Source of the DNA: an uncultured Chthonomonadaceae bacterium
GTDB lineage: Bacteria > Armatimonadota > Chthonomonadetes > Chthonomonadales > Chthonomonadaceae
Length of the DNA stretch: 64,000 bases
Assembly (NCBI GenBank): GCA_963835065.1
Contig: CAWIEK010000054.1
Location: forward strand, 64,001 to 128,000
Direction of reading: 5' to 3'
Shown: in pieces, positions 63,901 through 64,000 of the stretch
Numbering within the stretch: the first letter of the stretch is position 1
How the letters are laid out: each line of letters starts with the position of its first letter
The notes under the pieces: generated by a model
Told to the model about the DNA's origin: nothing
What the model saw: only the letters and a program-made list of their open reading frames with translations
Database searches by the model: none
Made by a program: the position numbers and the translations under genes

Positions 63901-64000
63901 ATAAAAAACGATTGTCCTGCGGACAAATTTACCATGAAGATTGTGCCTGCGCAGCAGCCACTCGCTTTTTCCAGCGCAGGCAAAGAATTTAATTGGTTTT

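Overview
A GC-rich bacterial chromosomal window. The gene mix suggests a terrestrial lineage such as Armatimonadota, but this is unverified. Housekeeping genes include prs, hisS, aspS, dapB, mqnB, mqnD, larC, cheY/cheX and an M16 peptidase. There are two glycosylation clusters (16.8-24.8 kb TPR/GT; 48.3-59.8 kb epimerases, GT2 and GT-C-like membrane proteins), a decayed defence-like patch (4.3-6.1 kb) and a DUF488-DUF488-dual-OB operon. Three AAA_35 STAND-type ATPase genes are present: BTAD-AAA_35 coupled to AAA_35-TM-WD40, and a separate class III cyclase-TIR-AAA_35. The most striking unexplained signal is a shared vocabulary of about 4-copy heptamer blocks at more than 20 loci. Between genes they form mirrored inverted pairs that often supply stop or start codons. 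Inside genes they form stereotyped in-frame peptide cassettes (GTGNREQGT, LSTINYQLST, SSFILHPSSF and others) at loops and domain junctions, including in MqnD and in a kinase-regulator fusion. A parallel 9-bp-periodic palindrome family, a 93-bp MITE with a visible empty site, and REP-like elements also occur. Many single-base frameshifts, several in homopolymers, look like assembly errors, so pseudogene calls are tentative.
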